DNA of 64,000 bases from an uncultured Fibrobacteria bacterium (GTDB lineage: Bacteria > Fibrobacterota > Fibrobacteria > UBA11236): positions 1,696,001-1,760,000 of the forward strand of contig OY970309.1 of assembly GCA_963716395.1 (NCBI GenBank). Direction: 5' to 3'. Shown in pieces: positions 28,452 to 38,453 of the stretch. How positions within the stretch are numbered: the stretch's first letter is position 1; every line of letters starts with the position of its first letter. The translations under genes were made by a program, and so were the position numbers. The notes beneath the pieces were generated by a model. That model was given only the letters and a program-made list of their open reading frames with translations. It was not told where the DNA came from and searched no databases.

Positions 28452-29996
28452 ATGATCCGCAATCTCTGCGTGGTGGACAACGTGCGACACTGGCGCAAAA
28501 AAGTGCCCAATATGGAATTCATCAGCCCCAATGAATATCTGTTCGGGGTCGAATTTCAGGAGCTGCGGCAATTACGGGTGATCAACCTGGTGCGCAATTA
28601 CGGGTATCTGGGTGGCGGCTATTACGTGAGCTTGGTGGCTGAAGCCCGCGGGCACAAGGTGATTCCCGGGCTGCCCACCTTGCAGGCCCTGTCGAAAAAG
28701 GAACTGTATCTGATTGAAGCCGACGATTTATCGGCGCAAATCCAAAAGGACTTCGCGCATCTCGGCGACGATCGTTTCGAGTTGTCGGTGTATTTCGGAC
28801 GCAACGTGTCGAAGAAATACGAGAAGCTGTCGCGCATGTTCTTCCACCTCTTTCCCTGCCCGGCCTTCCGGGTTTTTTTCACGCGCGAAAAGCGATGGAT
28901 CATCACTTCGATCCGGCCTCTGTCTCTCGACAAGGTGCAGGAGTCGCATCAAGAAGCCTTTCTCGAAGCCTTGGTGGCCTACAGCGCCGACCGCTGGGGC
29001 GTGCGCAAGAACGCCCCAGCCCGCTACGACCTGGCCATTCTCTATAACCCGCAGGAACGCTTCGCGCCCTCGAATGCCGGCGCCATCCAAAAATTCGTCA
29101 AGGCCGGCAAAGCCGCGGGGCTGGCCGTCGAGGTGATCGAAAAGCGCGATTACGGATTCCTGCCGCAATTCGATGGATTGTTCCTGCGCGAGACCACGGC
29201 CATCGATCACCACACCTACCGCTTCGCCAAGAAAGCCGAAAAAGAAGGCCTGGTGGTCATCGACGATCCCAAATCCATTTTATACTGCACCAACAAAATT
29301 TTTCTGTACGAACTGTTCAAGCGCGCCGGCATCGGCCGTCCCAAGACCTTCGTGTTCGGTGAGGACAATATTCCCGACTTGGGGCAGCAGCTCGCCTACC
29401 CCGTCATCATCAAGATTCCCGACGGATCGTTTTCGCGCGGCATCGAAAAGGTGGAAGACTCGGCCCGGCTCGAAGCCGTGTGCCGCGAATTCTTCCGCCA
29501 TTCCGACTATCTCGTGGCGCAGGAGTTCATGCCCACCGATTTCGACTGGCGCATCGGTGTGTTCAACCACAAGCCGCTCTTTGCCTGCCAGTACTTCATG
29601 TCCCGAAACCACTGGCAGATCTATGATCATAGCGCCGAAGGCAACGGCGCCGAAGGCGCCCATCGCACCCATGCCGTGGAAAGCATCGATCCGCGCATTA
29701 CCTCGCTGGCCGTGCGCGCCGCGCGCCTGATCGGCGACGGACTTTACGGTGTCGACATCAAAGTGGTGGGTGGCAAGCCGTTCGTGGTCGAAGTGAACGA
29801 CAACCCCAACATCGATGCGGGCGTCGAAGATGAGGTGTTGAAAGATCGCCTGTATGCCACCCTCATGCAGGAGTTCGCGGCCCGTATCGAGCGCATGAAA
29901 ATGCGCATGGCGCCGCCCATGCCTTTGGCGTCGGCGGCCCACCCCGCGCCAGCCGGAACGGCCGCGTCTCAGCCGGTACCGGCGCAGCCCGCCTGA
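28452..29996 (+). CDS. RimK-family ATP-grasp ligase with N-terminal RLAN domain
   Basis: YYVSLVAEARGH (RLAN), KIPDGSFSRG, QEFMPTDFDWRIG, YGVDIK, EVNDNPNID. Confidence 0.9.
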   Translation: MIRNLCVVDNVRHWRKKVPNMEFISPNEYLFGVEFQELRQLRVINLVRNYGYLGGGYYVSLVAEARGHKVIPGLPTLQALSKKELYLIEADDLSAQIQKDFAHLGDDRFELSVYFGRNVSKKYEKLSRMFFHLFPCPAFRVFFTREKRWIITSIRPLSLDKVQESHQEAFLEALVAYSADRWGVRKNAPARYDLAILYNPQERFAPSNAGAIQKFVKAGKAAGLAVEVIEKRDYGFLPQFDGLFLRETTAIDHHTYRFAKKAEKEGLVVIDDPKSILYCTNKIFLYELFKRAGIGRPKTFVFGEDNIPDLGQQLAYPVIIKIPDGSFSRGIEKVEDSARLEAVCREFFRHSDYLVAQEFMPTDFDWRIGVFNHKPLFACQYFMSRNHWQIYDHSAEGNGAEGAHRTHAVESIDPRITSLAVRAARLIGDGLYGVDIKVVGGKPFVVEVNDNPNIDAGVEDEVLKDRLYATLMQEFAARIERMKMRMAPPMPLASAAHPAPAGTAASQPVPAQPA

Positions 29997-30003
29997 TTCG
30001 CCC

Positions 30004-31221
30004 ATGGCGCACCGTCTTTTTTCCGTCCACGGCGTGGAAATCGAGTACGCCGTGATGCAGCGCCACGACGCGGCGGTAGCCCCCGTGGTCGCCGACTTGT
30101 TGGCGGCCTTGGGCGGAAGCCCCGACGCGCACCCCGTCTTTGGTTCCGTAGAACTCGACAATGAGCTGGCCGCCCACGTGCTGGAAATGAAGGCGAGCGC
30201 ACCCGCGCCCAAACTGCTGCCGCTGCTGGCGGATTTCAACGCCGCGGTGCGGGGCGTGAATGCCGCGCTCGCCGGCCTGGGCGCGCAGTTGCTGCCCGGC
30301 GGAATGCACCCGGGCATGGATCCCGCGCGCGAATCGCATCTTTGGGATTACGAAGACAACCGCATTTACCGCGCCTTCGACCGCGTCTTCGGCTGCCGCG
30401 GGCATGGATGGTTCAATCTGCAAAGCGTGCATCTGAACCTGCCGTTTCAGGGGGATGGCGAGTTTTCGCAATTGCATAACGGCATCAGCCTGTTGTTGCC
30501 GCTGTTGCCGGCGTTGTCGGCCGCCAGCCCGATATGGGACGGCGTTCCTGGGCCGTGGCTGGATGGACGCCTCTACCATTACGCGCAGAACCAGCGCAAG
30601 CTGCCGGAGATTGCGGGGCCTTTGATTCCCGAGCCCGTCGCCAGCGAAGCCGAATACCGCGAATGCATTTTACAACCCATGTACCGCGCCATCGCACCTT
30701 TCGATCCCGAAGGCGTGTTGCAGGAGGAATGGCTCAATTCGCGCGCGGCCATTGCCCGCTTTGATCGCGGCGCCATCGAAATCCGTTGTCTGGATACGCA
30801 GGAGTATCCGCAGGCGGATTTGGCGCTGTGCCATTTCACCGTATGCGCCTTGAAGCAACTGCTGGCGGCCGAGGAAGACCTGCACGGCTTGCATGCCGCC
30901 TTACCACCGGATCTCTTACGAACCTTCTTCCTCGAAACCGCCCGCCGGGGCCGCGCGGCCGCGGTGCCCGCGCTTTATCCGGCGCGGTTGTTCGGCCCGG
31001 GTATTCCCAACGGGACGGTAGCTGAAATGTTACTCTCGGCCCTGCCGGCGATCTATCGGCACTCGGATGCCGAAGAGGAAAACCGGTTTCGACCGGAAGT
31101 GGAGCGAATTTTGGCGCAGGGCAATGCGGCGGAAAGCATGCTGCGGGTGTTTGCCGAAACCGCATCGTGGCGGCAGTTGTGCTTTCGGCTCCAGGCCGGC
31201 CTGGCCGCGCATTGCGCGTGA
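30004..31221 (+). CDS. Glutamate-cysteine ligase family 2 (GCS2) carboxylate-amine ligase
   Basis: GVEIEY, NELAAHVLEMK, GMHP, QSVHLN, RFDRGAIEIR. Confidence 0.87.
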   Translation: MAHRLFSVHGVEIEYAVMQRHDAAVAPVVADLLAALGGSPDAHPVFGSVELDNELAAHVLEMKASAPAPKLLPLLADFNAAVRGVNAALAGLGAQLLPGGMHPGMDPARESHLWDYEDNRIYRAFDRVFGCRGHGWFNLQSVHLNLPFQGDGEFSQLHNGISLLLPLLPALSAASPIWDGVPGPWLDGRLYHYAQNQRKLPEIAGPLIPEPVASEAEYRECILQPMYRAIAPFDPEGVLQEEWLNSRAAIARFDRGAIEIRCLDTQEYPQADLALCHFTVCALKQLLAAEEDLHGLHAALPPDLLRTFFLETARRGRAAAVPALYPARLFGPGIPNGTVAEMLLSALPAIYRHSDAEEENRFRPEVERILAQGNAAESMLRVFAETASWRQLCFRLQAGLAAHCA

Positions 31222-31382
31222 AATCGGGCGGTGGAATCGCCGCGGCGACCTGCCCGTCAGTACTGACGAAAGGCTCTTTGCGAATTTCGGCCCGGCGGAA
31301 ACGGTTCCTTAATCCGGTTTTTCCAAATCGACCCAGGGGCAGCGTTTGATGTGGATGCTTGTGCGCGCAGCCATAGGATGCC

Positions 31383-32621
31383 TTAGCGGGCGGCCCGATC
31401 CGAATCCGGCGGCAAGTCGAGCACCTGCCAGCCCCTTTCACCGAAGCGGATGTCGCGCTCGACAAAAGTCCAAATCACCAGTTTTTTGTGCTGCAACAGT
31501 TCGGGTTTGCGGAACAATTCTTGGCGCACCACGGTCGACGCGCCGCCGTCATTCACGATGGACGCCAGCGGAAAACCCAAAGCGTAGGCGACCTGCGAAA
31601 TGATGCCCGCGCTTTTGGGTTCGTCGGTTTGGTAAATGCGCGAGAAACTGTCGCCCAGCCATAATATCGGGCTATGGGGATCGTCGCGGTAGGGCTTTCC
31701 GGTGGCCGAATCCCAAACTTGCTCGGCCACCACGGGTTGCTCGGCGAAGTCGCGGTGGCGTTCGGGCAGCTTGGTCATTTCGGCGACGTCGCCGAAGCGA
31801 TCGACTTTCACCGCCTTCCGGAAATACGTCCGCTCCGCGGAGTCGGATGCTTTGATCCACGGGTAGTTTTGCCGCAAGGCCGCCACGATGGCCTGTGCCG
31901 CGATCTGCAAGCCGGCGGGCGTCCAATGCGAATCGAGATGCAGGTACAGCGAATCTCCGAATTCGCTTTTGGCCCGCAGCAGCGCGCCGCGCACGTCGAC
32001 CGTGGGAATGCCGGCGCGTTGCAAATCCTCTTGCAGCCGCCAGGTGGGCGAAGGCGGCGCGGTGGGAAAATCCGCCCCCAGTCGTTCGGGATAAACATCG
32101 GGCTTGCCCGGGATAGGGATAACCATGAGATCGATGCCGCGTTGGCGCAATTGATCGCGAAAGCGGAGAATGGCCACCAGCGGATTGCGGGGATTCACCC
32201 ATTTCCCGTCCACCAAGGTGTCATAGGTGTCGGTGTAAAAACGCGGTACGTCGAACGGCGGCTGCACGAGATAATCCACGCCGGGCCGGTAAAACAGCCA
32301 ACCGGCCTTTCCCGGCAGCGCCTTCACGCCCACATCGCCGAAAAGGTTATAGCGCCATTGAAAAACTTCGGGACGGATGGCTTTGGCGAAAATCGATCGG
32401 TCCTTGGCCGCATCGTCCCAGCCGTGCAGGTTCGCCTTGGTGGGCCAATGTTCGAACAGCTCCAGTACATGCGGGGATTCATGTTGCACGGCCATCTCGT
32501 AAATCGCTTGGGTCAAGGGAAAGCCCACGAGGATCAGCAGCAGGGAAAAGGTCACTGCGATTTGCAAAGGCTTCGAGGCCTTTGTCAATTCGAATGCGGA
32601 AAGGGCTGGCGGTTTTTCCAT
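31383..32621 (-). CDS. AlgJ/AlgX-like SGNH O-acetyltransferase
   Basis: N-terminal TM; GWLFY, PGKPDVYPE, DSHWTPAG, GDSFS. Confidence 0.85.
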   Translation of the reverse strand: MEKPPALSAFELTKASKPLQIAVTFSLLLILVGFPLTQAIYEMAVQHESPHVLELFEHWPTKANLHGWDDAAKDRSIFAKAIRPEVFQWRYNLFGDVGVKALPGKAGWLFYRPGVDYLVQPPFDVPRFYTDTYDTLVDGKWVNPRNPLVAILRFRDQLRQRGIDLMVIPIPGKPDVYPERLGADFPTAPPSPTWRLQEDLQRAGIPTVDVRGALLRAKSEFGDSLYLHLDSHWTPAGLQIAAQAIVAALRQNYPWIKASDSAERTYFRKAVKVDRFGDVAEMTKLPERHRDFAEQPVVAEQVWDSATGKPYRDDPHSPILWLGDSFSRIYQTDEPKSAGIISQVAYALGFPLASIVNDGGASTVVRQELFRKPELLQHKKLVIWTFVERDIRFGERGWQVLDLPPDSDRAAR

Positions 32622-32630
32622 GGCGGAATC

Positions 32631-34064
32631 CTAAAATTGGAAATACAGAAAAGGGTTGAAGGCCTGCGTATACATCATGCACAGCCCGATGAGAAACAGG
32701 CCGAAGGCCAAGGCGAATTTTCTCCAGGTGAGATTGTTCACGTATTCGTAAGCCTGCAACGGCTGGATCACCAGCACCGCGCAGATCGCCATGTTCAAGA
32801 GGTGTTGGCGGCCGTAGAGCTCGGGCGTGAGAAAGGATGCGAAGGCCGACGCCGAACGAAGCGCCGTCATCGATCCCAAGTACTGAAAGGCATGGGGCAA
32901 GCCTTTGGCGCGAAAGAAAACCCAGGTGATGAGCACGATGATAAAGGTGATGCCCACCCGCAAAGGACGGGGGCTGTTGGCATACCAGGGTTTTTTGCCG
33001 CCCCACCGTTCCAGGCCCAGCATGACGCCGTGAATGCCTCCCCAGAATATGAACTGCCATTCCGCGCCGTGCCAGAACCCGCCGAGCAGCATGACCAAGG
33101 CCAGATTGATATAGGTGCGGCGTTCGCCTTTCCGGTTTCCGCCCAAAGGAAAGTACAGGTATTCGCGCAGCCAACCCGACAGCGAAAGGTGCCATCGCCG
33201 CCAGAAATCGGTGATGCTTTCCGAATGGTAGGGCGCGTTGAAATTGCGCAGGAGATCGAAGCCGAACATGTGGCCCAATCCCAGGGCCATTACCGAATAG
33301 CCGTTGAAATCGAAATAAATCTGAAAGGCGTAGGCCAGCACGCCCCACCAGGCGTCGTACCAGCGCGGAGCTTGGGCGGCAAAGGCGGCATCGGCGATTT
33401 GCCCCACGGGATTGGCGAGCAAAATCTTCATGGCGAATCCCAGGAAAAACAGCACCGCGCCGCGGGTGAACAGGGTCAGCGAATGGCGGCGATCCTGCAG
33501 TTGCGGCGCCAGCAGGTGGTAGCGCAGAATGGGACCAGCCACGAGCTGGGGAAACAGCGACACGAAGCAGGAATAATCGGCGAAGGCGCGCACGGGTTTC
33601 AGACCCCGGTACACGTCGATGATATAGCTCATGCTGTGAAAGGTGTAGAACGAGATGCCGATGGGAAAGGCGATGCGCAGCACCCGGAACATGGGCGCGC
33701 CCACCAAGGTCAGCAGATGATTCAAGTTGACCTGGGTGAACACGCCGTATTTGAACACGGCCAGAAGGCCGAGGTTGACGCACAGCGAAATGATCAACAT
33801 GGTCTTGCGGCGCGAGGGCGTAAGGTCTTCGCGCCCCAACTGAATACCCAGGAAATAATCGACGATGTTGGTGAACAGCATGGGCAGCACGAACCAGGGC
33901 TGGAACCACGAATAGAAGGCGTAGCCGGCCAGCGTCAGCCAGATATTGCGGAAGAGATAGCGTGATTGGCCGGGTTTCGGGTTCCGGCGATACGGGAGCA
34001 GATAATAAACGAGCAATGCCAGCGGCAGGAAGTAGAAGAGAAAGACTTCTTCGGTGAAGACCAT
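32631..34064 (-). CDS. AlgI/DltB-like MBOAT family O-acyltransferase
   Basis: PIGISFYTF, FPQLVAGPI, QIYFDF, FWRRWH, GFWHGA, FLYFQF. Confidence 0.93.
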   Translation of the reverse strand: MVFTEEVFLFYFLPLALLVYYLLPYRRNPKPGQSRYLFRNIWLTLAGYAFYSWFQPWFVLPMLFTNIVDYFLGIQLGREDLTPSRRKTMLIISLCVNLGLLAVFKYGVFTQVNLNHLLTLVGAPMFRVLRIAFPIGISFYTFHSMSYIIDVYRGLKPVRAFADYSCFVSLFPQLVAGPILRYHLLAPQLQDRRHSLTLFTRGAVLFFLGFAMKILLANPVGQIADAAFAAQAPRWYDAWWGVLAYAFQIYFDFNGYSVMALGLGHMFGFDLLRNFNAPYHSESITDFWRRWHLSLSGWLREYLYFPLGGNRKGERRTYINLALVMLLGGFWHGAEWQFIFWGGIHGVMLGLERWGGKKPWYANSPRPLRVGITFIIVLITWVFFRAKGLPHAFQYLGSMTALRSASAFASFLTPELYGRQHLLNMAICAVLVIQPLQAYEYVNNLTWRKFALAFGLFLIGLCMMYTQAFNPFLYFQF

Positions 34065-34309
34065 TGTATTCTAGCCGTGGTAAAAGCCAGAAAGTAGCAT
34101 TGACGGCACCGGCCGATAACCAGGGGCGGCCGAGTGAATCCAATCAGCGCCTTGTTTCTGCCAGCATGAAAAACGAAAATTTTGCTGTAAAAAATCGACT
34201 ACTTTCGGCGTTCGCAGCGATATTCTTTTCGTCGTGACTGTTTGCGACTTCGGGCGCAGGCTTTGAGTCCGTCGCCTTAGCACAACAGGCCGCGTTGGGT
34301 GTGCGCAGT

Positions 34310-35188
34310 TCAGCCGACGGACCGGATTTCTTCCACCATGCGGAGCGCTTCGGCCGTGGCGCCTACGTCATGCACGCGTAGAATCGATACGCCTTTGAGG
34401 GCCGCGTACAGTGCCATCGCCACGCTGGGATGCAGCCGGTCGCTCTGTTCGAGCCCGGGCGTCTTGCCGATGAACGATTTGCGGCTGTGGCCGAGCAGCA
34501 CCGGGCAGCCGATGGACGCGAGCGTTTCCAAATGTTCGATGAGGGCGTAGTTGTCTTGCGGGCGCTTGCCGAAACCGATGCCGGGATCCACGGCCATGCA
34601 TTCCTGCGGATATCCCGAGGCGGATAGGGCCCGCACCCGCTCCCGGAGATAATCCAACACTTCCTGCGGTGCATCGACATAGCCGGGGTTGACCTGCATG
34701 GTACGGGGAGTCCCCTGCATGTGACCCAGCACCACGCCCGCGCCGTAGGGAAGCGGAACCGCAGCCATTTCCGCATCGGCTGTCAAGGCGGAGATGTCGT
34801 TGACGATGGCGGCCCCCGCATCCAGGGCCGCCCGCGCCACGCCGGCTTTCTGGGTGTCGATGGAAACCGGAACTTCGAAGCGGCGTACGATGGCGTCGAT
34901 CACGGGAGCGACGCGCCCGCATTCTTCGGCGGCGGAAACCGGCGCGGCTCCAGGCCGCGTGCTTTCACCGCCCACATCCACAAGGTCGGCGCCTTCGGAA
35001 AGCATTTCTTCGCAGCGCCGCAACGCCGCATCCACGCTTTGATGCCGGCCGCCGTCGAAAAAAGAATCAGGGGTCACATTCAGGATGCCCATGAGCAAGG
35101 GGCGGAGACCGCCCAGAACCCGGCCGCGGATCTTCCAGGGCCGGGGAGACATGCCAGCGATGGGGCGGCCCCAAACGGAATCAGTCAT
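34310..35188 (-). CDS. folP: Dihydropteroate synthase
   Basis: MGILNVTPDSF, GGESTRPGA, DPGIGFGK, SRKSF, RVHDV. Confidence 0.97.
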   Translation of the reverse strand: MTDSVWGRPIAGMSPRPWKIRGRVLGGLRPLLMGILNVTPDSFFDGGRHQSVDAALRRCEEMLSEGADLVDVGGESTRPGAAPVSAAEECGRVAPVIDAIVRRFEVPVSIDTQKAGVARAALDAGAAIVNDISALTADAEMAAVPLPYGAGVVLGHMQGTPRTMQVNPGYVDAPQEVLDYLRERVRALSASGYPQECMAVDPGIGFGKRPQDNYALIEHLETLASIGCPVLLGHSRKSFIGKTPGLEQSDRLHPSVAMALYAALKGVSILRVHDVGATAEALRMVEEIRSVG

Positions 35189-35226
35189 GTTTACGAAATC
35201 GCGGCGAGGCGGCCGCGCTGCCGGAC

Positions 35227-37317
35227 TCAGGCCGCGGTGTCGACGCTGCGGCCCTTTTTGTCTTCTTCAGCCTGGGCCAAAACTTCGGATTGCCTTTCGC
35301 TGCGGCCCTGTAAAAAGGTGCGGCTCTTGCGCGAAGACCCGGTCAATTCGCCCTTGATGGCTTTTTGAATTTCGTCCGCTTCCAGCACTTCATGTTCGAG
35401 CAGGGATTCGGCCAGATGCACCAGTTCCTGGCGGTGGTCGCGCAGCAAGCCGGCGACGCGTTCCATCTGGGTATCGACGATTTGGCGCACCACGCGGTCG
35501 ATTTGCACGGCCGTGGCTTCGGAGTAATCGCGATGTTGGGCGATTTCGCGCCCCAAAAAGATCTCTTCCTGTTTTTTGCCGAAGGAGATGGGCCCCAATT
35601 CCGACATGCCCCACTCGCACACGTATTTGCGCGCCAGCTCGGTAGCTTTTTCGATGTCATTCGAGGCGCCGGTGTTCATCTGGTTGAAGACGAGCAATTC
35701 GGCGCCGCGGCCGCCCATGAGAATGGCGATCTTGTCGAGAATGTAGCGCGAATCGACCGTGTACTTGTCTTTTTCCGGAAGTTGAAAGGTGATGCCCAAG
35801 GCCCGGCCCCGGGGTATGATGGTGATTTTGTGCAGCGGATCGGCATGCTCCATTTTCAATGAAATGATGGCGTGCCCGGCCTCGTGATAGGCGGTGGTGC
35901 GCCGCTCCTCTTCGCTCAGGATGCGCGAGAAACGCTCCGAACCCATCATCACCTTGTCTTTGGCCTCTTCGAAATCGAGCATGGCGACCTTGTCGTTGCC
36001 GAAACGCGCGGCCAGCAAGCAGGCTTCGTTGACCAGGTTTTCCAGATCAGCCCCGGCGAGACCCGGCGTGCCCTTGGCGATTTTGACGATGTCGACGTTT
36101 TCATTCAACGGAATTTTGCGCTTGGCCAAATGCACGCGCAGTATGCCTTCGCGACCATGCGCATCGGGCAGGTCGACCACCACCTGGCGGTCGAAACGTC
36201 CCGGCCGAAGCAGCGCCGGATCCAAAACATCGGGCCGGTTGGTGGCCGCGATGAGAATGACTCCGTCGCTGCCCGAAAAGCCGTCCATTTCCACCAAGAG
36301 CTGGTTCAAGGTCTGTTCGCGTTCATCGTGGCCGCCGCCCAGGCCCGCGCCGCGATGCCGGCCCACGGCGTCGATTTCATCGATGAAGACAATACAGGGC
36401 GCGTTTTTCTTGCCCTGCTCGAACAGGTCGCGCACGCGGGAAGCACCCACGCCTACGAACATTTCGACGAAATCCGAACCCGACATGCTGAAGAAGGGAA
36501 CTTCGGCTTCCCCGGCCACGGCCTTGGCCAACAGGGTTTTACCCGTGCCCGGAGGACCCAGGAGCAGGACGCCTTTGGGAATGCGTCCACCCAGCCGGGA
36601 GAATTTGTTCGGGTCTTTCAGAAACTCGATCACTTCATGCAATTCCTGCTTGGCCTCGTCGCAGCCGGCCACGTCTTTGAACGTGACCTTGGGACGGTTT
36701 TCATCCAGCAGGCGCGGGCGTATTTTCCCGAAGTTGAACAGTCCCCTCGGGCCGCCCATTTGACCCTGGCGCGCCATCATGAACCAGAAAAGGGCGATGA
36801 GCAGCACCAGGGGAAAGAAGGTGCTGAAATAGCTGAACCAACGCGTCTCGCGGGTAAATTCGACGCTCGTGCCGCGTGCAATCAGGCTGTGCAGCATATC
36901 CAGCATGGGTGCGTCGATGTCGGGCAGCAAGGTCTTGAACCGCATGGTGTGGCCCTGAAAAGCGCCCTGCTCGCGCTTGGAGGCCTGCTCTTCCGGCGTC
37001 AGCGGATGTTCGCCCACCAGCACATAGCCTTCGCCGATGCGCGTGATTTTCACCGAGCTGATAACGAAATTGGTGTCGGAAATGAGCTGGCGGAATTCGG
37101 AATAGGTCTTGTCTTCGATCTGATTTTGCGAGTCGAGTAATTGCACCAAAAGCACCGAAACCCCGATCATGACGAGCAACAGAACCAGGTTCTTGTTGCG
37201 CCACTTATTGCCGGGGGGCAAACCGGGCTTGGAATCTTCGGCCTTGCGCCGCTTGGGCGCATTGGTCTTTTTTTCCTCGACGAGGTGGTTTTTTTTGTCT
37301 TCCAGGGAACTGGCCAT
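35227..37317 (-). CDS. ftsH: ATP-dependent zinc metalloprotease FtsH
   Basis: Two TMs, [26 protein letters not shown]. Confidence 0.98.
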   Translation of the reverse strand: MASSLEDKKNHLVEEKKTNAPKRRKAEDSKPGLPPGNKWRNKNLVLLLVMIGVSVLLVQLLDSQNQIEDKTYSEFRQLISDTNFVISSVKITRIGEGYVLVGEHPLTPEEQASKREQGAFQGHTMRFKTLLPDIDAPMLDMLHSLIARGTSVEFTRETRWFSYFSTFFPLVLLIALFWFMMARQGQMGGPRGLFNFGKIRPRLLDENRPKVTFKDVAGCDEAKQELHEVIEFLKDPNKFSRLGGRIPKGVLLLGPPGTGKTLLAKAVAGEAEVPFFSMSGSDFVEMFVGVGASRVRDLFEQGKKNAPCIVFIDEIDAVGRHRGAGLGGGHDEREQTLNQLLVEMDGFSGSDGVILIAATNRPDVLDPALLRPGRFDRQVVVDLPDAHGREGILRVHLAKRKIPLNENVDIVKIAKGTPGLAGADLENLVNEACLLAARFGNDKVAMLDFEEAKDKVMMGSERFSRILSEEERRTTAYHEAGHAIISLKMEHADPLHKITIIPRGRALGITFQLPEKDKYTVDSRYILDKIAILMGGRGAELLVFNQMNTGASNDIEKATELARKYVCEWGMSELGPISFGKKQEEIFLGREIAQHRDYSEATAVQIDRVVRQIVDTQMERVAGLLRDHRQELVHLAESLLEHEVLEADEIQKAIKGELTGSSRKSRTFLQGRSERQSEVLAQAEEDKKGRSVDTAA

Positions 37318-37406
37318 AAATGCGCGGGAATCCTCCCGAATCGAAAAATACTCTCTATTGTCGGGAAAATTTTCCCGGATTAAAAGAGAAATTGAGCTTG
37401 TGAGGC

Positions 37407-38453
37407 CTATTCGTTTGCTTTAAAGGGCAAAATGCTCAGCGTTCGACCGGTCAAAGACCAGATTTGGTTGCGATTGGCGTCGACGCCGAGTTCCGAACCG
37501 TCGAATTTCAGCAGCGGCCTCTGCGGAGCCTTGGCCGTGATGGCGTGGCTACGGATCCAGGTCGGGTACAAACTGGAATACAACGAATCTCCCGGCAACA
37601 GCATGATGCGGAAATGCCGGAACCAAAGCGTTCCCCCTTCGGACTGAAGCGCCAGCACGCCCTTGGTGAGATACTTGACCACTTGGTTGGCATTGTTGGG
37701 CGGGGCTACGCGCGGATTCGTGTATTGCATCACTTTCTGACCGTCGATGAAATGGCGCGTGGTGTCGCTGCCATGCGATTCCACCTCGATGGTGATCCAG
37801 CCGCCGTTGTTGAGAGCCGCTGGTCGGGGCTGCTGCCACCCCGCAAATCCCACACACAAATTGTCGTTGACGGTCGAGTTTCCCCCATCGCCGCCCCAAT
37901 CGATTTCCGGCGCGGTGCTGTCGGCCTGCATGCGATTATTGACCACCTTGGCATGCACGGTAATCCAGGTCCCCACCGGAGACTTGCCGGCCCATTCGCC
38001 CAAGGCCCAAACCTGGCCCATGCCCTGATTGGGATCCCCTTGGCATTCCACCGAGCGGGGGTAGCTGCCGCCTTCCGTCGTATCGTTGATTTGGATTTTG
38101 GTGATGAGACCCGAATTGCAGAGAGCGCCGGGCCAGCGCACCTGCACCTGGGCGCGGTAATAGGAGAAATTCTGGTGGAGCATGAGCAAGGCGTACGGAT
38201 TCCCGCTGGTGGCGATGGTGTCTCCGCCCACGATGGTAAAGGGACCGCCCGGAAAAGCCTCATGGGCCTGGCTGGGAGGTTTATTCCCTTCGTTCGACGT
38301 GTAGTCGTAAAAGTCGCTGGTGTTGTTACCGCGGAACAAATCGATCCAGCCCGAGTCATCGGGTTGGGGAAGAACCACGGGTTGCACGGGTTGGGCGCCG
38401 GCAATTCCCGCAGCCATCAAAATCGCGGTTGCAGGGGTCGGAAAAATGTTCAT
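37407..38453 (-). CDS. Secreted DUF1080 (3-keto-disaccharide hydrolase-like) protein
   Basis: [31 protein letters not shown]; ATGA overlap with the upstream gene. Confidence 0.8.
   Translation of the reverse strand: MNIFPTPATAILMAAGIAGAQPVQPVVLPQPDDSGWIDLFRGNNTSDFYDYTSNEGNKPPSQAHEAFPGGPFTIVGGDTIATSGNPYALLMLHQNFSYYRAQVQVRWPGALCNSGLITKIQINDTTEGGSYPRSVECQGDPNQGMGQVWALGEWAGKSPVGTWITVHAKVVNNRMQADSTAPEIDWGGDGGNSTVNDNLCVGFAGWQQPRPAALNNGGWITIEVESHGSDTTRHFIDGQKVMQYTNPRVAPPNNANQVVKYLTKGVLALQSEGGTLWFRHFRIMLLPGDSLYSSLYPTWIRSHAITAKAPQRPLLKFDGSELGVDANRNQIWSLTGRTLSILPFKANE

Noticed and set aside
28452-29996. Calling the ATP-grasp a graspetide synthetase or canonical rimK
   Set aside because: The RLAN-fused architecture differs from both, and there is no convincing precursor peptide or rpsF linkage
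31674-33965. 763-aa plus-strand ORF and other long antisense ORFs across the window
   Set aside because: These are antisense shadows of well-supported genes, expected in high-GC DNA, and show no motifs
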